DNA of 64,000 bases from Bacteroidota bacterium. GTDB lineage: Bacteria; Bacteroidota; Ignavibacteria; Ignavibacteriales; Ignavibacteriaceae. Position 1 is the stretch's first letter, and each line of letters starts with the position of its first letter. Position numbers and translations under genes: made by a program. This document shows, one piece after another, positions 48,078-58,629 of this stretch. A model generated the notes under the pieces. It saw only the letters and a list, made by a program, of their open reading frames with translations. It was not told the origin of the DNA and did no database searches. The stretch covers positions 3,295-67,294 of the forward strand of contig JAJYDC010000012.1 in assembly GCA_021777835.1 (NCBI GenBank), read 5' to 3'.

Positions 48078-49526
48078 ATGACATCAAGACGGAAATTTAT
48101 TAAAACTGGTGGGTTTGCTCTTGCGGCGCTTACTATTCCTAATATTCATCTGCCAATTTCAAATGGGTCGAATAATAGGAACAACGACTCGATTAATCTG
48201 AGAAATAAACGACCTGAAAAATCTGAACGTAAATTTATAAGTCAAGCAGTAGACGACAAGATTCAGGAAGTCAAAGATGCAATAGGGAATAAAGAACTTG
48301 CTTCGATGTTTGAGAATTGCTATCCAAATACTTTAGATACAACTGTTAAATTTCAGATGCTAAATGGTAAACCGGATACTTTTGTAATTACCGGTGATAT
48401 AAATGCGATGTGGCTTCGTGATTCGAGTGCACAGGTATTTCCTTACCTCCCGCTGGCAAATAAAGATGAGAAGTTGAAAAGTCTTTTAGCAGGTGTAATT
48501 AACCGTCAAACAAAGTGTATATTGATTGATCCATATGCCAATGCTTTTAATTACGGACCGACTGGGAGTGAATGGGATAAAGATCTTACCGAAATGAAAC
48601 CCGAGCTGCATGAACGCAAATGGGAAGTGGATTCCCTCTGTTATCCAATAAGATTAGCATATAACTACTGGAAAACTACCGGAGACGTCTCATGTTTTGA
48701 TGGTAATTGGAAGTCAGCAATGGAGTTAATCTTAAAGACATTTAAGCAGCAGCAACGAAAGAAAAACCAAGGTCCATACAAATTTCAAAGGATAACCGCA
48801 TGGCAAAGCGATACAGTTGCAGGCGGGGGATATGGAAATCCAATTAAACCGGTTGGATTGATTTGCTCAATTTTCAGACCTTCGGATGATTCGACAATAT
48901 TTCCGTTACTAATTCCTTCAAATTATTTCGCCGTTACATCGCTTAAACAATTAGCTGAGATGTTTTCAAAAATAATTAAGAGTGAAGATATTGCAAGACA
49001 ATGTTCAGAACTTGCCTCGGAAGTTGAAATTGCTTTACAAAAATACGCTAATGCAATTCACCTTAGATACGGTAAAATACTAGCATATGAAGTAGATGGA
49101 TTCGGCAACCAAATTTTTATGGATGATGCCAATGTTCCGAGTTTACTTGCACTTCCATATTTGCGATGTATTTCTTCCTCAGATATTTTATATAAAAATA
49201 CACGTAAGTTTTTATTAAGCGATTCAAATCCATATTTTTTCAAAGGCAAAGCTGGAGAAGGCATTGGAAGCGCACATACTGGTATTAATAAAATTTGGCC
49301 TTTAAGTATTATTATTCAAGCATTAACAAGCACCAATGATGAAGAAATATCACAATGCCTGAAAACCTTGGAGAATAATACTGCAGGGACAGGTTTTATG
49401 CATGAGTCCTTTGATAAGGATAATCCGGCTAAATTCTCAAGAAAGTGGTTTGCCTGGGCAAATACTTTGTTCGGGGAATTGATAATCAAATTGTATGAAG
49501 AAAAACCATATTTATTGAAAGCATAG
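48078..49526 (+). CDS. GH125 exo-alpha-1,6-mannosidase (DUF1237 family) with a Tat signal
   Basis: It has a twin-arginine leader (MTSRRKFIKTGGFALAAL) and GH125-like motifs (DINAMWLRDSSAQV, KWEVDSLCYP). Confidence 0.8.
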   Translation: MTSRRKFIKTGGFALAALTIPNIHLPISNGSNNRNNDSINLRNKRPEKSERKFISQAVDDKIQEVKDAIGNKELASMFENCYPNTLDTTVKFQMLNGKPDTFVITGDINAMWLRDSSAQVFPYLPLANKDEKLKSLLAGVINRQTKCILIDPYANAFNYGPTGSEWDKDLTEMKPELHERKWEVDSLCYPIRLAYNYWKTTGDVSCFDGNWKSAMELILKTFKQQQRKKNQGPYKFQRITAWQSDTVAGGGYGNPIKPVGLICSIFRPSDDSTIFPLLIPSNYFAVTSLKQLAEMFSKIIKSEDIARQCSELASEVEIALQKYANAIHLRYGKILAYEVDGFGNQIFMDDANVPSLLALPYLRCISSSDILYKNTRKFLLSDSNPYFFKGKAGEGIGSAHTGINKIWPLSIIIQALTSTNDEEISQCLKTLENNTAGTGFMHESFDKDNPAKFSRKWFAWANTLFGELIIKLYEEKPYLLKA

Positions 49527-49528
49527 TT

Positions 49529-51814
49529 ATGATTTTTCGCGGAATACAGTTTGTCTATAAGAATCTAATTATCGTTCTCGTATTAATTTTTACTAACAAC
49601 ATTCTTTCACAGATAAAATTAAAAAATTTTGATCCAAATAGTTTTGTTAATCCTTTTATCGGAACTGCTGGGCATGGGCACACATTCCCAGGCGCGGTAG
49701 TGCCATTTGGAATGGTCCAACTTAGTCCCGATAACGGCACTTCAGGCTGGGACTGGTGTTCAGGATATAATTATTCCGATTCTACAATAATCGGCTTTAG
49801 CCATACTCATTTAAGCGGGACAGGAATAGGTGACCTTTGCGATATTTTATTTATGCCTGCCGTAATGTCTATAAATTCAAATACTGATTCATCAAAATTA
49901 ATCTCACTTCATTCATGGATTTCACATAAATATGAAACTGCAAAACCAGGCTTCTACTCTGTTTTCTTAGAATCCTTTAAAATTAAAGCAGAGCTAACTG
50001 CGACAAAGCGAGCAGGTTTTCAAAAATATTACTTCCCCAAAACAGATCATGCTGTAATAGTATTAAATCTCGGACATAGCCTAAATTGGGATAAAACTAC
50101 TGCTGCTTATTTAAAGATAATTAACAGCAATACAATTGTCGGGTATAGGATGTCGACCGGCTGGGCAAAAGATCAACGTGTATATTTTGCAACTAAGTTC
50201 TCCAAGCCATTTCAAAGTTATTTTATAAGTCTGGAGAATAAGTTGAAGGAAAATAAAAATGAAGCTAAAGGGAAATTGCTTGAAGGAATTTTTAAATTCA
50301 AAACGACTAAAAATGAGGTTATATTGGTTAAAACGGGGATTTCTTCTGCAAGTATAAAGGGAGCTTTGGAAAATTTAAATGCAGAAATCCCGGGCTGGAA
50401 TTTTGAACAGGTCAAAGAATCGGCTGCCAATGCTTGGCGGAAAGAATTGAGTAAAATACGGGTTGATACTCCGGATAAAAACTTAAAGGAGATTTTTTAT
50501 ACTGCATTGTATCATTCTATGATACACCCAAGTCTATTTAGTGATATAGATGGAGATTTTAAGGGAGCGGATAGCCTAGTTCATAAAGCAATTGGCTATA
50601 ATCAATATACGATTTTCTCTTTGTGGGATACATTCCGCGCAGAGCACCCATTGTTTACTTTAATTGAACAAAACGTTGTAAATGATTTTGTACTCTCGAT
50701 GCTTGCTCATTATGAAGAGACAGGGTTACTTCCGGTTTGGGAATTAGTTGGTAATGAAACAAACACCATGATTGGATATCATGCCGTGCCTGTTATTGCA
50801 GATGCAATTTTAAAAGGATTTCATGGCTTTAATATCAAAGAGGCTTATGAAGCAATGAAAAAAAGCGCCATGCAAAATCATTTTGGGTTAAAATATTATA
50901 AGGAGCTTGGTTTTATACCCGCTGACAAAGAAAATGAATCAGTATCCAAAACTTTAGAAAACTCTTATGATGATTGGTGTATTGCTCAAGTAGCTAAGCA
51001 TTTTAATAAAGGAAATGACTATGATCTATTTATGAAGCGTGCTGGTTATTACAAAAATTTATTTGACACATCGACCTATTTTTTTAGAGGGAAGGAAAGC
51101 GACGGTAGTTGGAGAATTCCCTTTGATCCTCGCTTTTCAAATCACCGTAATGATGATTACACTGAAGGTGACGCTTGGCAGTGGGACTGGTTCGTTCCGC
51201 AAGATGTTGCGGGGTTAATAAGACTTATGGGAGGAAAAAAACATTTTACAGAAAAGCTTGACTCGCTTTTTGAACAGTCTCCTGTAGTAGAAGGAACAAA
51301 AGCTTCTCCGGATATTTCCGGAATGGTCGGTCAATATGCCCAAGGAAACGAACCGAGTCATCATATTGCATATTTATATAATTATGCCGGAGAACCATGG
51401 AAAACTCAGATGCGTGTTAGGAAAATCATGGAAACTTTATATACTGATTCTACAGACGGTCTTTGCGGTAATGATGACTGCGGACAGATGTCTGCGTGGT
51501 ATATTTTTAGTTCTATAGGATTTTATCCTGTAAATCCCGCTGATGGAGTATATGTTATTGGAAGCCCAATTTTTCAGAAAGTTTCTATTCAAGTAGGCAA
51601 GGGGAAACAATTTACAATTATTGCAAATAATGTTTCTAAAAGAAATCAGTTTATTCAAAATGCCGAGCTTAACGGTAAGCCACTAAGCAGGTCCTATATT
51701 TATCATAATGAAATTCTTAAAGGCGGAACATTAATATTTAATATGGGAGATATTCCAAATAAAAAATGGGCGAAATCAAAAAAGGATTATCCGCCGTCAA
51801 TGAGCGTCAACTGA
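49529..51814 (+). CDS. GH92 alpha-mannosidase
   Basis: It has a signal peptide and typical GH92 segments: GTAGHGHTFPGAVVPFGMVQLSPD, GFSHTHLSGTG and GNEPSHHIAYLY. Confidence 0.85.
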   Translation: MIFRGIQFVYKNLIIVLVLIFTNNILSQIKLKNFDPNSFVNPFIGTAGHGHTFPGAVVPFGMVQLSPDNGTSGWDWCSGYNYSDSTIIGFSHTHLSGTGIGDLCDILFMPAVMSINSNTDSSKLISLHSWISHKYETAKPGFYSVFLESFKIKAELTATKRAGFQKYYFPKTDHAVIVLNLGHSLNWDKTTAAYLKIINSNTIVGYRMSTGWAKDQRVYFATKFSKPFQSYFISLENKLKENKNEAKGKLLEGIFKFKTTKNEVILVKTGISSASIKGALENLNAEIPGWNFEQVKESAANAWRKELSKIRVDTPDKNLKEIFYTALYHSMIHPSLFSDIDGDFKGADSLVHKAIGYNQYTIFSLWDTFRAEHPLFTLIEQNVVNDFVLSMLAHYEETGLLPVWELVGNETNTMIGYHAVPVIADAILKGFHGFNIKEAYEAMKKSAMQNHFGLKYYKELGFIPADKENESVSKTLENSYDDWCIAQVAKHFNKGNDYDLFMKRAGYYKNLFDTSTYFFRGKESDGSWRIPFDPRFSNHRNDDYTEGDAWQWDWFVPQDVAGLIRLMGGKKHFTEKLDSLFEQSPVVEGTKASPDISGMVGQYAQGNEPSHHIAYLYNYAGEPWKTQMRVRKIMETLYTDSTDGLCGNDDCGQMSAWYIFSSIGFYPVNPADGVYVIGSPIFQKVSIQVGKGKQFTIIANNVSKRNQFIQNAELNGKPLSRSYIYHNEILKGGTLIFNMGDIPNKKWAKSKKDYPPSMSVN

Positions 51815-51843
51815 AATTGAAAATTCTGAATTAGGAGCAAATA

Positions 51844-53241
51844 ATGAAATCTAAAATGATATTGAAAATTATTTTCATTTCGATAACAATTATATTATTG
51901 AATAACGCAAATATGCCAGCCAAGCCTTTTGCAAAGGAAAAGATTACATCTAAGGGTGATAGGATTGATAAGAAGGAGATGGCTACTAAAATTAAAAATG
52001 AGTTTCTTCACGCATGGGACGGTTACAAAAAATATGCCTGGGGGCATGACGAACTGAAGCCAATCTCCGAGACATATAAAGACTGGTACGGTACTTCTCT
52101 GCTTATGACTCCTGTGGATGCATTTGATACAATGGTCTTAATGGGGCTGAAGAAGGATGCAAACGAGACGGAAAAATTAATACTTGATAGCCTTTCATTC
52201 AACAAAGATATTTCGGTAAAATTTTTTGAAATAAATATTAGGCTTGTCGGCGGATTACTTTCGAGTTATGAATTAACGAATGATAAGGGGTTTTTAAGAT
52301 TAGCTGAAGATCTTGCAAATAGGCTTTTGCCTGTCTTTAGTACAAAGACTGGAATGCCGTATCGTTTTGTTAATTTAAAAACCGGTGAAGTAAGCGGCAA
52401 GGTAAGTAATCCTGCCGAGATTGGGTCATGTTTAATTGAGTTTGGTACTTTAAGCAGACTTACAGGGAAACCAATCTATTTTGAGAAAGCAAAAAAGGCA
52501 CTTGTGGCATTGTATAACCGCCGTTCTAAAATAGGACTTGTCGGCTCCTCGATAAATGTTGAAACAGGAAAGTGGACCGATACAGAAAGTCATATTAGCG
52601 GAGGAATAGACTCGTACTATGAATATCTTTTAAAAGGCTGGAAATTATTCGGCGACAAGGATTGTAAGAGAATGTGGCAGTCAAGTATAATTGCAATTAA
52701 TAAATATTTAGCCGATTCTACATCAACAGGATTTTGGTATGGGCAGGCAGATATGAATACCGGTAGAAAGACTTCAAGCCTTTTCGGATCCCTTGATGCT
52801 TTCTTTGGTGCTGAATTGGCATTAAGTGGCGATCTAAAAAGAGCTGAAGCACTTCAGGCCTCATGTTTCAAAATGTGGAATCTTGCCGGAATTGAGCCTG
52901 AAGAAATTAATTATGATTCAATGAAGATTATTTCTCCAGAATATGTTTTGAGGCCTGAAAATATTGAATCAGCCTATTATTTATATCATTATACACACAA
53001 AGAAAAATATTTACAAATGGGAAAAATTTATTTTGACAGCATTGTGAAATATTGCAGAACTAAAAATGGTTATTCAGGATTAAAGAGTGTAATTACAAAA
53101 GAAAAAGACAATGAAATGGAAAGTTTTTTTCTTGCAGAAACTTTTAAATACTTATACTTAATGTTTGCGCCGCCAAAGACTCTTAATTTTAGCTCAGTTA
53201 TTTTTAATACTGAAGCTCATCCAATGAAAAGATTTAAATAG
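51844..53241 (+). CDS. GH47 class I alpha-1,2-mannosidase
   Basis: It has a signal peptide and GH47-like motifs: FLHAWDGYKKYAWGHDELKPIS, FEINIRLVGGLLS, ESHISGGIDSYYEYLLK and LRPENIESAYYLY. Confidence 0.8.
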   Translation: MKSKMILKIIFISITIILLNNANMPAKPFAKEKITSKGDRIDKKEMATKIKNEFLHAWDGYKKYAWGHDELKPISETYKDWYGTSLLMTPVDAFDTMVLMGLKKDANETEKLILDSLSFNKDISVKFFEINIRLVGGLLSSYELTNDKGFLRLAEDLANRLLPVFSTKTGMPYRFVNLKTGEVSGKVSNPAEIGSCLIEFGTLSRLTGKPIYFEKAKKALVALYNRRSKIGLVGSSINVETGKWTDTESHISGGIDSYYEYLLKGWKLFGDKDCKRMWQSSIIAINKYLADSTSTGFWYGQADMNTGRKTSSLFGSLDAFFGAELALSGDLKRAEALQASCFKMWNLAGIEPEEINYDSMKIISPEYVLRPENIESAYYLYHYTHKEKYLQMGKIYFDSIVKYCRTKNGYSGLKSVITKEKDNEMESFFLAETFKYLYLMFAPPKTLNFSSVIFNTEAHPMKRFK

Positions 53242-53386
53242 CTTCGAATTTGATTATTAAATTGCTTTATAAATATTGCAAATGACATACGAATAATAAT
53301 GTAGCAAATACCATCTTTCCTTGACTACATTTAGTCATTTCTCTATATTTCATGGGAAATTTTGCACATTTTCAGAAAAAAACGAA

Positions 53387-54643
53387 TTGAATCAGAATAA
53401 TAAGACAATCCTTCCTAATGGAATTAAGATAATTTCAGAAACTATTCCTTACGTGAAATCCTTTTCGCTGGGATTCTGGTTTAATGTAGGTTCGCGTGAT
53501 GAAAGTGCTAAGAATAATGGAATTACACATTTTATTGAGCACATGCTTTTTAAGGGCACCAAAAAGAGAACTGCAAGAAAAATAGCGGACGATATTGAAT
53601 CGTTTGGAGGCTATTTGAATGCATTCACGTCAAAAGAGCATACCTGTTATTACGGAAGAGGACTCAGCGAGCATATAGAAAAAACATTTGATGTTCTCTC
53701 TGATATGATTCAAAACCCGGCATTTAAACCTAATGAAATATCCAAGGAAGCAAGTGTTGTTGTTGACGAATTAAACGACATTAATGATAATCCAGAAGAA
53801 TTGATCTTTGATAAATTTGAAGAATCAGTATTCTCGGGAAACAGCCTGTCACATCCAATTATTGGAACTGAAAAAAACATAAAGGGATTTTCTCAATTTG
53901 ATTTATTCAGTTTTGTAAAAGAAAAATATGGTTTTAATAGACTTTTAATTGCGGCTTCAGGAGATGTCGATCATAAACAGATTGTCAAATTAGCACAAAA
54001 GTATTTTACTGTTGACCTAGGTCATTCGCCTATAAGAAGGAAAGCTTTCCCAGAGAATTTAATAATTCCAAAATCTGAGACTATAGAAAAAGAGATCCAA
54101 CAGGTTCATGCAATATTAGGGACAACAGCTCAGGGTTATAAAAATAATTCCCGTATAAATACTGCAATACTGAATCAAGTTTTAGGGGAAGGAAGCAGTT
54201 CGAGATTATTTCAGTCTGTCCGTGAAAAAAACGGGATAGCCTATCAAATAAATTCCTTCCTAAATTCTTTTTATGATATTTCGACCTTCGGAGTTTATTT
54301 ATCGACAAATGAAAAAATGTTGGATAAAGCACTCACAATCATATCAAAAGAATTGAAGAAACTGAGAGACACTAAAATTTCCGATAGAGAACTGAGCAAA
54401 GCTAAAGAATCTTTGAAAGGTGGTATGCTTTTAAGTCTTGAAAGTACTTCGCATAGAATGACCCGGATGGCTCAATCAGAATTATATTTTAATAGAATAA
54501 AATCAACAGAAGAAATTATTAAGAGTATCGAAGCGGTTACAAGTGAAAACATCCTTGAAGCTGCAAACCATTTGCTTGATGAAAACAAATTCGTTAAGCT
54601 GATAATAAAATCAAAAAATGTATTATTAAAATCAGCCGCATAG
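53387..54643 (+). CDS. M16 (pitrilysin) family zinc peptidase
   Basis: It has the inverted zinc motif HFIEHMLFKGT (HxxEH). The start is uncertain. The TTG at 53387 gives a typical N-terminus (NQNNKTILPNGIKIISE), while the track gives a TTG at 53321. Confidence 0.8.
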   Translation: MNQNNKTILPNGIKIISETIPYVKSFSLGFWFNVGSRDESAKNNGITHFIEHMLFKGTKKRTARKIADDIESFGGYLNAFTSKEHTCYYGRGLSEHIEKTFDVLSDMIQNPAFKPNEISKEASVVVDELNDINDNPEELIFDKFEESVFSGNSLSHPIIGTEKNIKGFSQFDLFSFVKEKYGFNRLLIAASGDVDHKQIVKLAQKYFTVDLGHSPIRRKAFPENLIIPKSETIEKEIQQVHAILGTTAQGYKNNSRINTAILNQVLGEGSSSRLFQSVREKNGIAYQINSFLNSFYDISTFGVYLSTNEKMLDKALTIISKELKKLRDTKISDRELSKAKESLKGGMLLSLESTSHRMTRMAQSELYFNRIKSTEEIIKSIEAVTSENILEAANHLLDENKFVKLIIKSKNVLLKSAA

Positions 54644-54667
54644 CTGAAAAAAAGAAGAGGTAAAATT

Positions 54668-55783
54668 ATGTTAATCGGAGTTCCAAAAGAAATCAAAGCC
54701 AATGAAAATAGAGTTGCCCTATTACCAGTAGGAGCTTTAACTTTAATTAGAAATGGACATAAAGTAGTTGTAGAAAATAACGCTGGTGTTGGAAGCGGCT
54801 TTTCAAATGAAGATTATAAAGAGATAGGTGCAGAAATAGCTTCTTCTCCTAAAGAAATTTTTAGCGCCGCTGATATGATAATGAAGGTCAAAGAACCAAT
54901 AGAGCAAGAATATAAGTTGATTAAGAATGGGCAAATACTCTTTACTTATTTCCATTTTGCTGCTAACAAAGTTTTGACTGAAGCAATGATAAATTCGAAA
55001 TGTGTCGCTATAGCTTATGAAACAGTCCAGAAGGCAGATAAATCCTTGCCATTGTTGATACCTATGAGCGAAGTAGCGGGAAGAATGGCTCCGCAAGAAG
55101 GTGCAAAATATTTGGAACAAGCAATGGGGGGTAGAGGCATATTGTTAGGTGGCGTACCTGGTACAGGACCTGCTGAAGTAATGGTACTTGGAGGAGGAAT
55201 TGTGGGAACTAACGCTGCAAAAATTGCAGCTGGTTTAGGAGCGAAAGTTACAATTTTCGATAATAATCTTTATCGATTAAGATATTTAGATGATGTTATG
55301 CCGAAGAATGTCACAACAATGATGTCTAACGAATATTATATTCGTGCAGGACTTTCAAAAGCAGATTTAGTTATTGGAGCTGTATTAATTCCGGGAGCAA
55401 AAGCTCCAAAATTGGTTACGGCGGATATGCTGAAAATCATGCGAGAAGGCTCTGTAATTGTAGACGTTTCGGTAGACCAAGGAGGCTGTATTGAGACATG
55501 TCATCCAACAACTCATGAGAACCCTACGTTTGTTGTAGATGGTGTTCTTCATTATTGCGTTGCAAATATGCCGGGAGCAGTTCCTCATACTTCTACTTTA
55601 GCTTTGACTAACGCAACTCTACCTTATGCAATTGAAATTGCTAATAAAGGATATGAAGCGGCAATCAAAACAAACCCGGAAATAAAACTTGGTTTGAATA
55701 TGATTGACGGAAAAATAACATACAAGGGTGTTGCGGAAGCTTTTGACTTCCAATATCATACTGTTGATTCTATTATAAAATAG
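54668..55783 (+). CDS. ald: Alanine dehydrogenase
   Basis: MLIGVPKEIKANENRVALLP plus an NAD-binding motif (VLGGGIVGTNAA). It shows full-length Ald-like sequence. Confidence 0.9.
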   Translation: MLIGVPKEIKANENRVALLPVGALTLIRNGHKVVVENNAGVGSGFSNEDYKEIGAEIASSPKEIFSAADMIMKVKEPIEQEYKLIKNGQILFTYFHFAANKVLTEAMINSKCVAIAYETVQKADKSLPLLIPMSEVAGRMAPQEGAKYLEQAMGGRGILLGGVPGTGPAEVMVLGGGIVGTNAAKIAAGLGAKVTIFDNNLYRLRYLDDVMPKNVTTMMSNEYYIRAGLSKADLVIGAVLIPGAKAPKLVTADMLKIMREGSVIVDVSVDQGGCIETCHPTTHENPTFVVDGVLHYCVANMPGAVPHTSTLALTNATLPYAIEIANKGYEAAIKTNPEIKLGLNMIDGKITYKGVAEAFDFQYHTVDSIIK

Positions 55784-55794
55784 TTTTAAATGTA

Positions 55795-55815
55795 GCGGTA
55801 ATTCATAATTACCGC
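55795..55815 (+). terminator. Candidate terminator hairpin after ald
   Basis: GCGGTAATT-CAT-AATTACCGC forms a perfect 9-bp stem. The U-tail is weak (AATTCTAT). Confidence 0.45.
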
Positions 55816-55856
55816 AATTCTATCGTAAAATTATCAAGTTAATTTAAGGTTAGTGA

Positions 55857-57542
55857 ATGCCAAAATTTGTTTTAGACGGAAAAGAAATAGAATTTGAACA
55901 AGGGCAAACAATTATTCAAGCTGCAAAGAAAAGCGGAATAACTATTCCTCATTTTTGCTGGCATGAAAGCTTGTCAATTTCGGGTAATTGCAGGGTATGC
56001 TTGGTTGAAATAGAAAAAATGCCTAAGCTTGCCATAGCATGTTCTACTCTCGCTGCTGAAGGAATGGTAGTTTATTCAGAGTCGGATAAAGCACTAAGTG
56101 CGAGAAATGCGGTGATGGAATTTGAGCTAATAAACCACCCGCTTGATTGTCCTATTTGCGATGAAGCCGGTGAATGTAAACTTCAGGATTATGCTTATTC
56201 GCATGGATCGGGAGAAAGTAGATTTAATGAAGAAAAGATTCATAAAGATAAAAGAGTTCCTCTTGGACCGCTTGTTATGTTTGATGGCGATCGCTGTATA
56301 TCATGCTCTCGTTGCATAAGATTTTGTGATGAGATCGCCAAGGATCCTCAATTGACATTTATAAAACGGGGCGATAGAATTACAATTGTAACCTATCCTG
56401 GAAAAGAGTTGGATAACCCTTATTCAATGAATGTTACAGATATATGTCCGGTGGGTGCTCTCACTAGCAGGGATTTCAGATTTAAGGCAAGGGTATGGGA
56501 GTTGTCTTCCACAAAATCTATTTGTAATGGTTGTTCACGAGGCTGTAATATCAATCTTGAGGTGAGAAATAATCAAGTATTACGATTGACTCCTCGTCAA
56601 AATGAGGATGTGAATAGTTTTTGGATGTGTGATCATGGTAGAGTTAATACGTATAAATTTATAAATGCCGAAGATAGAGTCGATAGCCCTTACTTGAGAC
56701 GTGGAGGTACATTAACAAGAAGCGGATGGGATGAAGCATTCGCAGCAGCTTCCTCGGAACTCAAATCATATTCAAAGAATGAAATTGCGTTTATCGGTTC
56801 ATCATTTGCAACTTGCGAGGATAATTTTCTTTTATCAAAATTTGCTACTCAAATAATCGGAACAAAGCATATGGATTTTATGCCGCATTTCGATTCTGGC
56901 TTTGGTGATAATTTCCTTCGTAAGGGAGATACTGCTCCCAATTCATTGGGTGCCAAGACTGTTGGTATTTTTCCCGGCAAAGGCGGATTAGATCTTGAGG
57001 GAATAATTAAGTCCGTTAAAGATGGTCAAATAAAAGCCGTCTTTTTAATGGAAGATAATCTGATTGCATTGAGGCCGGAACTAAAAGAAATATTCTCAAA
57101 GCTTGACCTTTTTATTGTTCATTCTTCAAATTTTAACGAGACTACTGAGATTGCAGATATAGTTTTCCCAGCATCGACTTACGCAGAAAAGCATGGAACC
57201 ATTGTTAATTTTGAGGGACGGGTTCAAAGATTAAGGCCAGCCGTTGCGACTTTCGATGTAGACCGCGCTTTAGAAGGTATGTCTTTGAGCAGGTGGGATA
57301 AATTCGGTACCAAGTTTGATTCGTGGGCAGAAGGCAATAAGAGAGACGCTCGTTCTTCTTGGAGAATTTTAGCAGGTCTGTCCGGGGCAATGGGTCATAA
57401 ATATAGATATGGAACAGCTGAAGAAGTCTTTATGGATATAGCTAAGTCTATTAGTGCATTTAACGGACTAGACTATGAGGTTATAGGGGAATTAGGTGCG
57501 AAGTTAAAATTGGATTCTGTTTCAAAACCAGCAATTGCTTAA
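55857..57542 (+). CDS. nuoG: NADH-quinone oxidoreductase subunit G (short, 561-aa form)
   Basis: It has an N-terminal 2Fe-2S motif (CWHESLSISGNCRVCLVE) and [4Fe-4S] motifs (HPLDCPICDEAGECKLQ, CISCSRCIRFC, CPVGAL). Confidence 0.85.
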   Translation: MPKFVLDGKEIEFEQGQTIIQAAKKSGITIPHFCWHESLSISGNCRVCLVEIEKMPKLAIACSTLAAEGMVVYSESDKALSARNAVMEFELINHPLDCPICDEAGECKLQDYAYSHGSGESRFNEEKIHKDKRVPLGPLVMFDGDRCISCSRCIRFCDEIAKDPQLTFIKRGDRITIVTYPGKELDNPYSMNVTDICPVGALTSRDFRFKARVWELSSTKSICNGCSRGCNINLEVRNNQVLRLTPRQNEDVNSFWMCDHGRVNTYKFINAEDRVDSPYLRRGGTLTRSGWDEAFAAASSELKSYSKNEIAFIGSSFATCEDNFLLSKFATQIIGTKHMDFMPHFDSGFGDNFLRKGDTAPNSLGAKTVGIFPGKGGLDLEGIIKSVKDGQIKAVFLMEDNLIALRPELKEIFSKLDLFIVHSSNFNETTEIADIVFPASTYAEKHGTIVNFEGRVQRLRPAVATFDVDRALEGMSLSRWDKFGTKFDSWAEGNKRDARSSWRILAGLSGAMGHKYRYGTAEEVFMDIAKSISAFNGLDYEVIGELGAKLKLDSVSKPAIA

Positions 57543-57559
57543 ACGGAGTTAATAACTTA

Positions 57560-58591
57560 ATGAACATTCTGCAAATAATTATTTTTACTGTTGTTAAAAT
57601 ACTAATTGTCGTGACGGTAATTTTACTTGCCGTAACTTACTTAGTTTATTTTGAAAGAAAAATCAGTGCATGGGCTCAAAATAGGATCGGTCCAAACCGT
57701 GTTGGGTGGCATGGTGCGTTGCAATCATTTGCCGATGTTCTAAAGCTGTTGTTAAAAGAAGATATAGTACCAGACGCAGCCAACAAACCGATACATACAT
57801 TAGCCCCAATAATTGCTCTTTTTGTTTCATTTACTACTTATGCGGTTATCCCCTTCGGTCCTAATATAAACGTGTTTGGTTTTTCAGTTCCTCTAGTAGT
57901 TGCAGATGTAAACATTGGAATATTATATATATTGGCATTAACATCTCTTGGTGTATATGCAATAACATTAGCAGGATGGTCATCGGGTAGTAAATATTCT
58001 TTACTTGGAGGAATTCGTTCTTCAGCTCAGATGATTTCTTATGAGATATCGATGGGATTTTCTATAGGCGGAGTCTTGCTACTATCAGAATCTTTAAGGC
58101 CTGTTGCAATTGTTCAGGCGCAGTCGGGTTGGATGTGGAATGCTATTCTTCAACCAATAGGATTTATAACTTTTCTTGTATCGGCATTCGCTGAAACAAA
58201 TCGACTTCCTTTCGACTTACCTGAAGCCGAACCAGAACTTGTAGGCGGTTATCATACGGAATATAGCAGCATGAAATTCGCTGGTTTCTTTTTGGCTGAA
58301 TATGCAAATATGTTTATTGCGAGCGCTTTGATTGTGACACTTTATCTCGGAGGATGGCAGTTCCCTTACCTTGATCATCTTGGACTTTCTTCAGGATGGT
58401 TTGCAGTAATTTCAGTTATTACTTTTGCAGTGAAAATAGCTGCACTTTTATTTTTCTTTATTTGGGTGAGATGGAGTATCCCACGATTCAGATATGATCA
58501 GTTAATGAATTTAGGATGGAAGGTAATGTTCCCGCTTTCGTTGTTAAATATTATTTGGGTCGCTGTTTTGATTATGGTATTTAAGTTGTGA
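57560..58591 (+). CDS. nuoH: NADH-quinone oxidoreductase subunit H
   Basis: Typical NuoH motifs are present: ERKISAWAQNRIGPNRVG, FADVLKLLLKED and AETNRLPFDLPEAEPELVGGYHTEYS. Confidence 0.9.
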   Translation: MNILQIIIFTVVKILIVVTVILLAVTYLVYFERKISAWAQNRIGPNRVGWHGALQSFADVLKLLLKEDIVPDAANKPIHTLAPIIALFVSFTTYAVIPFGPNINVFGFSVPLVVADVNIGILYILALTSLGVYAITLAGWSSGSKYSLLGGIRSSAQMISYEISMGFSIGGVLLLSESLRPVAIVQAQSGWMWNAILQPIGFITFLVSAFAETNRLPFDLPEAEPELVGGYHTEYSSMKFAGFFLAEYANMFIASALIVTLYLGGWQFPYLDHLGLSSGWFAVISVITFAVKIAALLFFFIWVRWSIPRFRYDQLMNLGWKVMFPLSLLNIIWVAVLIMVFKL

Positions 58592-58629
58592 TTTTAAGAC
58601 TAACAAGAATTTCTTAGACCGGAGTAGTA

